Sequence record: DRR723986_9837
Strand: one strand, 5' to 3'
DNA length: 62,961 nucleotides
Below the pieces are notes generated by a model. It was not told where the DNA came from, searched no databases, and saw only the letters and a list, made by a program, of their open reading frames with translations. Positions 38,450 through 47,759 of the stretch are shown here, one piece after another. The stretch's first letter is position 1; every line of letters starts with the position of its first letter. Made by a program: the position numbers and the translations under genes.

Positions 38450-39349
38450 TCACAGCGTTGGTCCGACTTTCGTATCCAACCAACTCACCAGTGTTTTCAC
38501 TTCATCAACATCGCGTACACCGACCGCTGTCAGTGACCGCGAACCTCGCTTCCAAGTTGCGGCAATGCTCGAATCGAGATCGACCAAACAACATTCCGTG
38601 TCTCCACACATTGCCATGTTTGACTCACGCTGGCCAAACCATTCTGTCTTCTCGTCGTCATGTTCAAATAAAACAAGTGTGGAACCATCCTGCCGCTTGC
38701 ACACGGCCTTGACACACGTGCAACAGGGCATTTTCAGGACACTTGTCGAAGCCAGCGAATAGCCTTCCGGCAATCCTTCAGATACGGCAGGACGATATCC
38801 AACCATTTGAACAGCGGTGTCTGCATTGACGGATTCGCCTTCATATTTGTTCAATAAGAACTGTTCTGCCGCATCAGGATCGTCGGGAAGCTGACGCAAA
38901 TAGTGATCCATCGTCGCTATGAATTCGGCACTGTGTTCGTGATCGCCAGCCTTTGCGTGAGTGTGCGAGTGCGAGTGCGGATGATCTATGCCGCGATTCA
39001 TCCAATAGCCAACCCCCAGCATGAGAAGCACCGACGCAGCCAGTGCCAATGCCCGGGACGACGTCCATTCACGCCTTTGGCGCGGTCGCTGGGCGGACGC
39101 TGGTTGCGGCTCGGATGAGTCGTTCAATTCGGCATTTGCCAGTTCCGCTGACAGACCGTCCCAAACGGAAGAGGGAACCTCTGGTTCTCGCATTCGGCTC
39201 ACGGCCCGAGTGACATCCCGGAACTCCGCGAACTCGGCAGCGCATGACTCACACCCGGCAAGATGCCGAGTCATCCTGGCCTGAGATTCAGCAGACAACT
39301 CGCCGTCGTAGTACGCCGAAAGTAGGTCTTGAACATCGGGGCATTTCAT
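38450..39349 (-). CDS. zf-HC2 anti-sigma factor with a TM helix and a His/Cys-rich extracytoplasmic domain
   Basis: MKC..VQDLLSAYYDGEL..HLAGCESC (HxxxCxxC ZAS motif), TM LALAASVLLMLGVGYW, HPHSHSHTH, PCCTC..C..MC...CC. Confidence 0.88.
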   Translation of the reverse strand: MKCPDVQDLLSAYYDGELSAESQARMTRHLAGCESCAAEFAEFRDVTRAVSRMREPEVPSSVWDGLSAELANAELNDSSEPQPASAQRPRQRREWTSSRALALAASVLLMLGVGYWMNRGIDHPHSHSHTHAKAGDHEHSAEFIATMDHYLRQLPDDPDAAEQFLLNKYEGESVNADTAVQMVGYRPAVSEGLPEGYSLASTSVLKMPCCTCVKAVCKRQDGSTLVLFEHDDEKTEWFGQRESNMAMCGDTECCLVDLDSSIAATWKRGSRSLTAVGVRDVDEVKTLVSWLDTKVGPTL

Positions 39350-39624
39350 GGCGACACATCCATCGGGGAGACTTCTGGGGCGGAATAACTGCATTATGCC
39401 GTCCGCTCACCGCTCCAAGAAGCAATCTTGGTGAGCACGTTTTTGGATGCTCGAAAGCGACGGTTCTTCACGCTTTTGCCAAGAAAAATTGGAAGAAAAG
39501 CGGTTGGCATGGACTCGTTCACAGATTTTTGGATTTTCGCATGAAGATTCGTTTGGCGAAAGCATCGAAACCCCCGTCCGGCATTTAATGACATTCGATT
39601 CACCGTATTTGTGCGAGCAAACCT

Positions 39625-40029
39625 ATGACGTCGAAACTGCTGCTCAGCGTAGTCCTCGGACTGGGTCTGTTTCTTGTTGTTTCCGGTTGTAATTCCACCG
39701 AATCCGAAACAACTCCTGTTGCGCATACCAATGCGTCGGATCACTCAGTAATGGAACATGACAATTCGAGCCACGATCATGGTGACGCGGGCGATATAGG
39801 CAAAACCGACATGGAGAAGATGACCGCAGCACTGGCAGACTTCTCCGAGGAAGACCGCAAATCCGCGATGAAACAGCACTTCTGCCCGGTCAGCGGTGAA
39901 ATGCTCGGTACGATGGGTGAACCGGAGCAGGTCGAAGTCCAAGACCAGAACGTTTGGATTTGCTGCGATGGCTGCAAGGACAAACTGCTCGCCGAACCAG
40001 ACAAGTACCTAGCCAAACTAAATGACTAA
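39625..40029 (+). CDS. Lipoprotein with a YHS/TRASH-like metal-binding domain
   Basis: Lipobox VSGC; QHFCPVSGEMLGTMG..WICCDGC..PDKYL. Confidence 0.82.
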   Translation: MTSKLLLSVVLGLGLFLVVSGCNSTESETTPVAHTNASDHSVMEHDNSSHDHGDAGDIGKTDMEKMTAALADFSEEDRKSAMKQHFCPVSGEMLGTMGEPEQVEVQDQNVWICCDGCKDKLLAEPDKYLAKLND

Positions 40030-40087
40030 CAACGTGGCGGTCTTCGCCAATCCCTCGTTTTTCACTTCCGCCAAGGAAAAACTCAAC

Positions 40088-40984
40088 ATGTCTTTGAGAA
40101 ACCTCACTCAAGTATCCGCGATCGCCTTTGCAACTTTGGCGATGTCGAGCAGCGTCTTCGCTCAACAGCACAACCACGCGGACCACAAGCACGAATCCCA
40201 CGGTCACGATCATTCGTCCATGCAACAGGGGCCGAACGGTGGAACCGTCCAAACGGTTGGGACGCGGCGCATCGAAACGGTCGTCCGTCCTAAGGGCATC
40301 ATGTTTATGGTGCTTGATAGAGAAGGTAAAACCACCGCTGCTCCCCGTGCTAGCGGATCATTGAAGTTGCGGGTTGGTGACAAAGGCAAAGAGTATCCGT
40401 ATGAATTGGAGCCACTCAAGAACAATGCTATTGGAGTCGCCGTTGACCTGTCGAAAGTCGTTGGTCACACCCTGCACATGGATGTGACGCTCAACGGAAT
40501 CGCCGCACAGCCCGTTTCGTTTCATGCAATGGGCAAAGTGTCAGACAGCAAGCTGTCCGATGCCGTTTTAATTAGCTTGCAGGGCACATGTCCGGTCAGC
40601 GGCAAAAAACTTGGCTCGATGGGGGCACCCCCGAAGGTCATGGTCGAAGGCAAACCTCTGTTTGTTTGCTGTGCCGGTTGCAGCGACAAAGTTAAGAGCT
40701 CGCCGCAACAGTACCTCGCCAAATATTACCAACCGAGCAGTGAGCAGGTTCGCCCCGGCGTCTTCAAGGCAACGCTGGCCGATGCGAAGGCGATTGCTGC
40801 CCAGAAGCTCTGCCCTGTCATGGATGAACCCTTGGGTGGCATGGGCGCTCCGTTGAAAGTCGATGTCAAAGGCAAAGCCGTCTACATCTGCTGTGCGGGA
40901 TGTGCCAAGAAGCTGCACGCGCAGCCAGATGAGTTTCTTGCCAAGCTCACCAAGATGGGCATCAAACCTCCGGGAATGAAGTAG
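40088..40984 (+). CDS. Exported protein with a His-rich N-terminus and two YHS/TRASH-like domains
   Basis: AAGGA RBS, signal peptide VFA-Q, CPVSG..LGSMG..CCAGC and CPVM..LGGMG..CCAGC. Confidence 0.83.
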   Translation: MSLRNLTQVSAIAFATLAMSSSVFAQQHNHADHKHESHGHDHSSMQQGPNGGTVQTVGTRRIETVVRPKGIMFMVLDREGKTTAAPRASGSLKLRVGDKGKEYPYELEPLKNNAIGVAVDLSKVVGHTLHMDVTLNGIAAQPVSFHAMGKVSDSKLSDAVLISLQGTCPVSGKKLGSMGAPPKVMVEGKPLFVCCAGCSDKVKSSPQQYLAKYYQPSSEQVRPGVFKATLADAKAIAAQKLCPVMDEPLGGMGAPLKVDVKGKAVYICCAGCAKKLHAQPDEFLAKLTKMGIKPPGMK

Positions 40985-41162
40985 CCCTATCGAATAGACT
41001 CGTCGCTATCGAGCGGGAGACATCGTATCAAACACCGTCGACGGTGCGTGCATAACAAAGCGGTTTGAATATTGCCCAGTCTTTGCCGCTGTCATCGTCG
41101 CTGGTTGCCGAAACAACGAAAAACTTTGTTGGCAGGTTAACGATGGGATCTTAGGTTCAACT

Positions 41163-42197
41163 TCAAACTGAAATGCGTTCCACGATATTTCTTGTGACCC
41201 TCCGGTGTCTACGGTCGTAGAGTCGCGTTGTTCGTGGGTCAGCATGTCCTGCGAGGTTCTGAACGTCCTCAAGGGGAACACCCTGGCTGAGGAGATCAGT
41301 GATGGTAGTCACGCGAAACGAATGAGGTGAGAGGCGGTTTGACAGCCCGGCACCTCGCATCCTGCGTTTAACCATTCTGCCCATATCTCCGGCGGTCATG
41401 CCATTTCTGGTAAGTTCCTTTGTTCTGCGGATCGTCGTCCGGAATAGCGGGGTGGCCTTCTCTTCTGGGTCTAGGCCACTGCCATCGATATACTCTTGAA
41501 TGAACAGCTGCAGGTCGTGACGAACGGGAATCTCTCGCTGTTTGCCGCCCTTCTCGCGAAAGCGCAAACAATGCTGTTCACCGATATCGTAAAAGTCACC
41601 GAATCGAAGTTTGGCGATAGCCCCCACTCGAGCTGCGGTATAGATGAGAATTCCAAGAATGGCGTGATCACGAAGCCCGACAACTGAGCTCGTATCTACT
41701 GAGGCCATCAGCCGTCGACACTGATCAATCGTAATCTCCGGAGTCTTGCCCTCAATGACCTGCAGACGCTCTCCGCGCACCGATGCCGCAGGATTCAGGA
41801 CGACCACATGGCGATTAACCAAGGTGTCAAAGAAATGCCTCAGGCCTGAAAGATGGAGCTTCTTGGTGCTCGCTGCATAGTCCAAGCCATCAAGATATTC
41901 CCCCACGTCCCGCGGCGACACATTCGCCAAGTCTTTTCCCTGCGCATCGCAATGTTCCAAGAACTGCCTGATTGCGCGCTCGTATGCGCGTCGAGTGTTT
42001 GGATTGCGTAGCTTGCCAAAGATAAATTCCTCCCAGGCAAACCTCGCCGCCGCGCCGCCACGTTCGACCATGGCCGGAAGTTTATCCCCATCTGGTTCGG
42101 CTGTTCCGACATCGAGTGCTACATCAATCGGCACCATTTCAGTCAGCTTTGTATGCTCGGCTATGCTTGCAAGCTCTGGCGTATTCCTGTGTTTCAC
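41163..42197 (-). CDS. Tyrosine recombinase (Xer/resolvase-like)
   Basis: SAM-like N-terminal domain (NPNTRRAY). Catalytic R (TAARVG), K (EKGGK), HxxR (PHSFR), GH and Y (TTRLYDRR). Confidence 0.92.
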   Translation of the reverse strand: MKHRNTPELASIAEHTKLTEMVPIDVALDVGTAEPDGDKLPAMVERGGAAARFAWEEFIFGKLRNPNTRRAYERAIRQFLEHCDAQGKDLANVSPRDVGEYLDGLDYAASTKKLHLSGLRHFFDTLVNRHVVVLNPAASVRGERLQVIEGKTPEITIDQCRRLMASVDTSSVVGLRDHAILGILIYTAARVGAIAKLRFGDFYDIGEQHCLRFREKGGKQREIPVRHDLQLFIQEYIDGSGLDPEEKATPLFRTTIRRTKELTRNGMTAGDMGRMVKRRMRGAGLSNRLSPHSFRVTTITDLLSQGVPLEDVQNLAGHADPRTTRLYDRRHRRVTRNIVERISV

Positions 42198-42299
42198 TGA
42201 GTATCCAACAACACTTCCGAGAGGCCAAGCAGATGATTCACAGATAAGGCGTACCGGAAATAGATTTCTATGAGTTTTTTGCGATCTGAGAACACCTCG

Positions 42300-42339
42300 A
42301 AGTTAATGCATGATAACGTCCTTTGTCGAGCATTAACTT
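42300..42339. other. dif/res-like recombination site upstream of the tyrosine recombinase
   Basis: AGTTAATGCATGATAA-CGTCCT-TTGTCGAGCATTAACT. The 16-bp inverted arms match at 13/16 positions around a 6-bp spacer. Confidence 0.62.
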
Positions 42340-42436
42340 AGGCGGATACTTTCGGGTGCGAGATTTTGCTGAAGGTGCGACGTTTTCCTTATGGTAAATT
42401 GTTTCTTGTATCGATCTAACAAATGAGGGAATTGGG

Positions 42437-43393
42437 ATGTCGCTGAGTGAATCGGATCTCCAAAGCGCACTGAAAGGCTCTGCCGATGGATTCGACGCTC
42501 GTCTCAGAAAATTTGAGATCGAATGGAGTCCGACCGGTTTGAATGTTGAAGGGCATTTCTACTATCTATCATTCAAAAACGGCGCGCCTAGTCTCGATGA
42601 TTTCGTGACCTACCTGTACCACCAACTGGTGCCATTTTGCCTACCAAAACATGAAATTGAGAGAGCTGTAGCTCTGGGCCAAACTCATGTCCGTCATGTT
42701 CAGGATCTTTGTGATAAAGCCCGCAATTTGTTTATCAAGGCACGTTCTGAACATAGTGCATCTCGGCAAGGTGAGCCGGGCGAGCTCATCTTGTTTGTCT
42801 TACTCGAATCAGTACTCTTGGCTCCGCAAGTCGCCTGCAAAATGTACTTGAAGACGAGCGAGAACATGCCGGTCCACGGGTCTGACAGCGTTCATGTGCG
42901 GCTCTTAGAGAATGCCGAGGACTTACAGCTTATCTGGGGCGAATCGAAACTCTACCAATCCCTCGCAAGTGCGTTCGATGAGACACTTGAGTCCATCGCC
43001 GGGTTCATTGGTGATGATACTAAACGGTCACCGCGTGAACGTGATATTGACGTGATACGTGATCATATGGCGATTGCGGATGACCGACTTCGTGAGCAAC
43101 TCTTGAGGTACTTTGATCCATACACCGAGGAGAGCAACAAGCTCAGCGAGATTTTCGCATGTTTCACTGGATTCAACGCAGCCGTCTTTGACAAAGGCTT
43201 CAAACCTGAAGACGTAGAGAGTCAGTTTCGGAAGAAGTATGAAAAACGTTTGGAAACCGCGTGTAAGCTTTTTGCAGAAAAAGTACAGGCGAGAAAACTC
43301 GAGAAGCTGCAGTTTCTACTGTTTCTGATTCCCTTCGAGGATATCGATAGTTTTAGAAAGAAGTTCTTTAAGAAGCTGGGGGTGACTTCATGA
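42437..43393 (+). CDS. hamA: Hachiman defence nuclease HamA (DUF1837)
   Basis: GEPGELILF..LE..APQ..CKM.LKT...VHGSD.VH..WGESKLY (D..ExK nuclease motif). ATGA overlap with the downstream helicase. Confidence 0.85.
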   Translation: MSLSESDLQSALKGSADGFDARLRKFEIEWSPTGLNVEGHFYYLSFKNGAPSLDDFVTYLYHQLVPFCLPKHEIERAVALGQTHVRHVQDLCDKARNLFIKARSEHSASRQGEPGELILFVLLESVLLAPQVACKMYLKTSENMPVHGSDSVHVRLLENAEDLQLIWGESKLYQSLASAFDETLESIAGFIGDDTKRSPRERDIDVIRDHMAIADDRLREQLLRYFDPYTEESNKLSEIFACFTGFNAAVFDKGFKPEDVESQFRKKYEKRLETACKLFAEKVQARKLEKLQFLLFLIPFEDIDSFRKKFFKKLGVTS

Positions 43394-45972
43394 TTCAGGA
43401 ACTTGCAAATCGCATTTGGGCGCACGAAGCCTTTCACGAGGATTACGCATCGCTTTTGACGGGTGCATTTAGTCGGTCATTTGGGTATGCGGAGACGGAA
43501 GTGTTTGAGGTCGATCGTTTAATGAGGCTAATCCGTTCGGCGTGCCACTTATCCGGAAGCAAGACACGCGAGCATCGTGAAGCCGCATACCGCATAGTCG
43601 TAGGCACTTCAACTATCTCGAACATAATTGCTGAGGATCACCAGAAACTGGCTAATGTAGTATTCTCAAGACTCGGAAATTTCCCAGCGGTTTCCTTTTT
43701 ATGGAACCGTGTAGGTACGGTTGAACGATCCGAGTTGAGCAATAATCCACTCGGGCTAGATGTCGATATCCAGCGGCGAAAGATGGAAAACACAGTTGAG
43801 TTCGATCGGGACTCGGCACTCACGCTCACTGATTTTCAGCGAAGGCTCTGGAGTGAACTGGAACGTGACCAGCCGATTGCTGTCACTGCGCCAACCTCCG
43901 CTGGAAAGTCATTTGCTCTCTTAAACTACATAGTTCGTAAGCATGTCACTGGTAAGTTTCGGTGGAGTCTATTTTTGGTTCCGACGCGCGCATTGATTTC
44001 GCAAATAACCACCTCTGTTACAGACTTGTTCAGCGTCGCTGCACCGGAGCGGGAACTGACAGTGTCAGCAATCCCCATACCACCCAATGAGTTGGAGGCT
44101 AGCAGCGGTATCTACGTTCTAACTCAAGAGCGGGCCCAAATACTAATTGAATCAGGCGAGATGCCGCATTTTGATGTCGTTGTTATCGATGAAGCGCAAG
44201 GAATAGCAGATGGACAACGCGGAATAACCCTTCAAACGGTTCTTGATTCGATTTTAAAAACGAAATCAGAAAATAGAGTGCTTTTCGCAGCGCCACCAAT
44301 AAGTAACCCCGGACTATTTGCAGATCTCTTTTCGTTTAATTCCTGTGAAGTAATCCGAGAACTCGAGAGTCCTGTTGCGCAAAACCTAGTCTTCGTGAAA
44401 ACCAACCCGATCATCAAGAATGAGGTTACGCTCTCGATAAAGATCGAAGACAGCATTCTTCCAATTGGAGATATCAAGCTAGAGCGTGAGCTTTTTGATG
44501 ACCGTCAAAAGCTCACTCTGCTTAGCTGGGAATTCGGAAAGAAGTCGCAGAATATTGTCTTTTCCAATGGCAAAGCAGAGTGCGAAAAGATTGCGCTTCA
44601 ACTAACTGATCTAGCCCTTTCCGATAATGAAAGTGAGGTGGAACCTCAGTTGCTGGAGCTATCGCATTTCATTCGTTCACACGTGCATAAGGAGTATTCG
44701 CTGGCTGAAACGGTTCTGGCCGGAGTCGGGTTTCACTACGGAAACATGCCAGCTGCGATTCGCAAGGCTGTGGAAAGCAGTTTTGAGAACGGTATTCTCA
44801 GTCATCTAGTCTGCACAAGTACGCTTCTTCAGGGCGTCAATATGCCAGCCAGCAACCTCTTTATGCTTAACCCTACACGTGGAGCGGAACGCATTGGTGG
44901 CGCAGCAGAACCACTTGATGGAGTTGACTTTTGGAACCTAGCTGGACGAGCAGGTCGCCTGGGAAAGGAGTTTGAGGGCAATGTTTTCTTAATCGATTAT
45001 GAGCTTTGGAAGTCGAAGCCAGTTTCTGCTGACCGCGAACAGGAAGTAATTCCCGCCCTCGGCAAAACCGTACGATCAAAGAGTGACCAATTGCTCGAGT
45101 TCATAGAGAATCGTCAACATCCGTCCGGCGAAAGTCCTGCGGCGGAATCGGCGTTCACCAAGCTTTTCAATGATCTACGCTCTGGGAAACTTGCTGTAAC
45201 CTTGGAGAGGATTTTTCCTGAGAACGAACAGATACTCGTGCAGACATTCGATGAAGTGATAGGTCGATGTGTGGAGTTGATCGACGTTCCCGAGGAAATC
45301 ACGACTAGGAACATTTCAATTTCTCCGTATCGACAACAACAGATGCTCGATTATCTTCGCAAGCGTATGAAAGAAAAGTCGCCAGAGGATTTTGTGCCTG
45401 TTCACCCCCTTAGGTCGGAGGCGTACGGAAGTATGTTGCGTGTTATGAAGAGAATCCATAACCACTTTGAATTGAAGAAGAAGAAGGACCGCTCGCATGT
45501 GTTCTTCGCGAGCTTCGCGATTAAATGGATGCGAGGAGAACCGCTGCCCCAGCTAATCGATGCCTACCACAGTAATCGCAAGAAGAGAATGAAGAAGGAG
45601 CCAAGTATTGCTACATCGATACGAGCGACCCTTGAGCTTTTGGAAACAGATATGCGTTTCCGCTATGTAAAATATCTTAGGTGTTATGAAGATTTGGTTA
45701 GCTTTGCTCTTAAAGAAATCGGACGTCAAGAACTGTCTAAATCGATCCCTCCAATTCATCTTTTCCTGGAGCTTGGGGCGTCCTCAGGGACAATGGTATC
45801 ATTGATCAGTCTTGGCTTCACAAGAACTACAGCAGGCATACTGCAGGATCAAACAACAGAGAAGTCGTTCACCAGGACGTCCGCGTTAGCGTGGCTCAAG
45901 AGGACAAGATGGGGAGCAAGAGATATCCCTCAAATCTGCAAGGAAGAGATCAACGAGATTGTTGGGATTTGA
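43390..45972 (+). CDS. hamB: Hachiman defence Ski2-like SF2 helicase HamB
   Basis: APTSAGKS, VPTRALI, TQER, IDEAQ, GVGFHYG, TSTLLQGVNMPA, NLAGRAGR. Confidence 0.87.
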   Translation: MIQELANRIWAHEAFHEDYASLLTGAFSRSFGYAETEVFEVDRLMRLIRSACHLSGSKTREHREAAYRIVVGTSTISNIIAEDHQKLANVVFSRLGNFPAVSFLWNRVGTVERSELSNNPLGLDVDIQRRKMENTVEFDRDSALTLTDFQRRLWSELERDQPIAVTAPTSAGKSFALLNYIVRKHVTGKFRWSLFLVPTRALISQITTSVTDLFSVAAPERELTVSAIPIPPNELEASSGIYVLTQERAQILIESGEMPHFDVVVIDEAQGIADGQRGITLQTVLDSILKTKSENRVLFAAPPISNPGLFADLFSFNSCEVIRELESPVAQNLVFVKTNPIIKNEVTLSIKIEDSILPIGDIKLERELFDDRQKLTLLSWEFGKKSQNIVFSNGKAECEKIALQLTDLALSDNESEVEPQLLELSHFIRSHVHKEYSLAETVLAGVGFHYGNMPAAIRKAVESSFENGILSHLVCTSTLLQGVNMPASNLFMLNPTRGAERIGGAAEPLDGVDFWNLAGRAGRLGKEFEGNVFLIDYELWKSKPVSADREQEVIPALGKTVRSKSDQLLEFIENRQHPSGESPAAESAFTKLFNDLRSGKLAVTLERIFPENEQILVQTFDEVIGRCVELIDVPEEITTRNISISPYRQQQMLDYLRKRMKEKSPEDFVPVHPLRSEAYGSMLRVMKRIHNHFELKKKKDRSHVFFASFAIKWMRGEPLPQLIDAYHSNRKKRMKKEPSIATSIRATLELLETDMRFRYVKYLRCYEDLVSFALKEIGRQELSKSIPPIHLFLELGASSGTMVSLISLGFTRTTAGILQDQTTEKSFTRTSALAWLKRTRWGARDIPQICKEEINEIVGI

Positions 45973-46061
45973 GGCCTCCGATGGTCCGAAAAACCATTGA
46001 AAAGCCTTGTTGTCTGAACAGATTGTTCAGTTTGCAGTATCACATGATGTGGGCAGCCCGC

Positions 46062-46298
46062 TTACGCGTTGACCTGCTCGAAGATCCAAGAGTGCGCGGC
46101 GTCAACCACCTTGGCTACAAGCGGCAAATCATCTCGTCCAAACGAGTTTGAATCCTTCCACGAATCGCCGTCTTTGTAAATGCGACTAACCGTCACATTG
46201 TGCCGCGCGCCGTTCTGGGTATCGTTCTCCCAGATCGCCGCCTTAATCCGGCCTAAGCGAACTTCATGCACAGGTCGAGCTTTTGACTTAGCTATCAT
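46062..46298 (-). CDS. Small conserved protein, putative PC4-like ssDNA-binding protein (copy 1)
   Basis: AAGGAG RBS; PVHEVR.G.IKA.IW.N..H.VT.SR.Y..W..S..FGRDDL. Paralog at 57504. Confidence 0.7.
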   Translation of the reverse strand: MIAKSKARPVHEVRLGRIKAAIWENDTQNGARHNVTVSRIYKDGDSWKDSNSFGRDDLPLVAKVVDAAHSWIFEQVNA

Positions 46299-46737
46299 CA
46301 CTATCTCCTTTAACAGGACCACGAAACTTGCTTGCCTCTCTCTCTGCCGCTTGGCAGCTTGGGCAAACACCAAGAAAGTTTTCCAACGAACCGTTGGGAA
46401 CGTAATGAACATTGCGCCACCCCAGAGCTTTCGCTTCTTCAGGTGTCGCTGGACCCTCGCGAGTGCATTCGCCACAACTAAGCGTAAATGCCACGTCTCT
46501 AGGTATACGAGCTCTGTCGAGTGTTATGCTTTGAGCCCGTCGATGGGCGAACTCAACCGCGGCCAATGTAACCACGCGATTGAATTCAACCCCGAGCTCT
46601 TTCGGGTAGCTAAACTCAGGTGGATAGCCATCGTCGCCCAACCACTCGCGAAGCTGCAAAGCTTTCCTCTCAACCACTTCCCAGTCATATCGAAGCCAGG
46701 CAGCGATAAGACTGTCCCAAAGTATTTGCGGATCCAT
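46288..46737 (-). CDS. Hypothetical protein with a C-terminal CxxC..CxxC zinc ribbon
   Basis: MDP..W..L..WL..GY.P N-terminus; CGEC and CPSC. Tightly coupled to its neighbours. Confidence 0.72.
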   Translation of the reverse strand: MDPQILWDSLIAAWLRYDWEVVERKALQLREWLGDDGYPPEFSYPKELGVEFNRVVTLAAVEFAHRRAQSITLDRARIPRDVAFTLSCGECTREGPATPEEAKALGWRNVHYVPNGSLENFLGVCPSCQAAEREASKFRGPVKGDSDDS

Positions 46738-46739
46738 CC

Positions 46740-47759
46740 CTACACCGCCAAGCTCAGAAGTTGGCCTATCTTGGCATCAAGCTCGGTGCGATCCCCAGCT
46801 AGCTGCACGCGCTGTGAAGCTTTGGTGAGCGCATCAACCACGGAAAAAACGGTGAAAGCCTCTTGCTTCTGGGCAATCTCCATTGCTTCCTTGATAAGCC
46901 ATTTTGGTAGCCTATGCTTACAGAGTGCCTGGGTAGCTTCATCCAAGTCAGAGCCGAGTTTCTGATGCATGGCGTTGCGAATAACACCAGCAAAGCCATC
47001 GCGCCGAGCATCTCGTTTAGCCACCAAGCCTTCAATAATGCGTCGGACTTCATCGAGCCCATTACGGACATTGGCGGTGTGCTTGCGCGTAAACTCAACC
47101 ACTTCGACTGCATCCCAGACGATGTGGTTCTGACAGATACGCTGGAACCAAAACGTTTGGATGCCCAGTGAGCGACGTCCAACCTCGGAGTTCCACAGGA
47201 AGAATCCGGGAGCAAATGCTTGCCCCTCGATTTCAGCCCAGCCGCTGGGGTCGATTAGAAAAGCAAACATATCTTGCTCACCGCAGTAGAGCCCGGTGCT
47301 TTGCTTATCCATCGCTGTTTGCGGTGGGGTGAAGTCTGATGCAAACTCTTTAACGACTTCTAGCAACTCCGCATTCCACAAACGGGTATAGGCTACACCG
47401 TGCACAGAACGGATCTGTTCCTCCTGTGTGAGCAACTGCAGGGGCTTCTCAGAACGCGGTAGCGTCTCTTCAAAAGCCTTGCTCGCCGTTTTCGAGCTCA
47501 ATCGATTGATCGTATCTCGATTAACACCTGCCATGCGGCAGAGCTGCGAGAAGGACCAATCGTTAAGCTCAAAATCTGGCTTATCGCCGAGACAAAGGGT
47601 CAGGTCGTGGGTAAGTACAATCTCCTTAGGTGGAATCCAGCGATCGTGCGATAGTTCACGATCACTCTGGCATTTCTGGTAGAGAGCTTCGAAGGAATCG
47701 AAAGCCTCATCTGGCGTCCTGCGAAAGAGTTCCTGGTGTGCTCGCTTGAGCGTTGCCAT
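46740..47759 (-). CDS. DUF932-like protein typical of ICE/plasmid backbones
   Basis: FRRTPDE.F.S, WSFSQLC, GFFLWNSEVG..SL...F.F...C.NH.VW. GAGG RBS. Confidence 0.75.
   Translation of the reverse strand: MATLKRAHQELFRRTPDEAFDSFEALYQKCQSDRELSHDRWIPPKEIVLTHDLTLCLGDKPDFELNDWSFSQLCRMAGVNRDTINRLSSKTASKAFEETLPRSEKPLQLLTQEEQIRSVHGVAYTRLWNAELLEVVKEFASDFTPPQTAMDKQSTGLYCGEQDMFAFLIDPSGWAEIEGQAFAPGFFLWNSEVGRRSLGIQTFWFQRICQNHIVWDAVEVVEFTRKHTANVRNGLDEVRRIIEGLVAKRDARRDGFAGVIRNAMHQKLGSDLDEATQALCKHRLPKWLIKEAMEIAQKQEAFTVFSVVDALTKASQRVQLAGDRTELDAKIGQLLSLAV

Noticed and set aside
41033-41145. CACCGTCGACGGTG palindrome and GCATAACAAAG..CTTTGTT as an integron attC site
   Set aside because: There is no proper L-box/R-box hairpin or cassette array, and I see no IntI-specific features in the adjacent recombinase.
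46180-46965. 261-aa plus-strand ORF
   Set aside because: Antisense to three coupled minus-strand genes.
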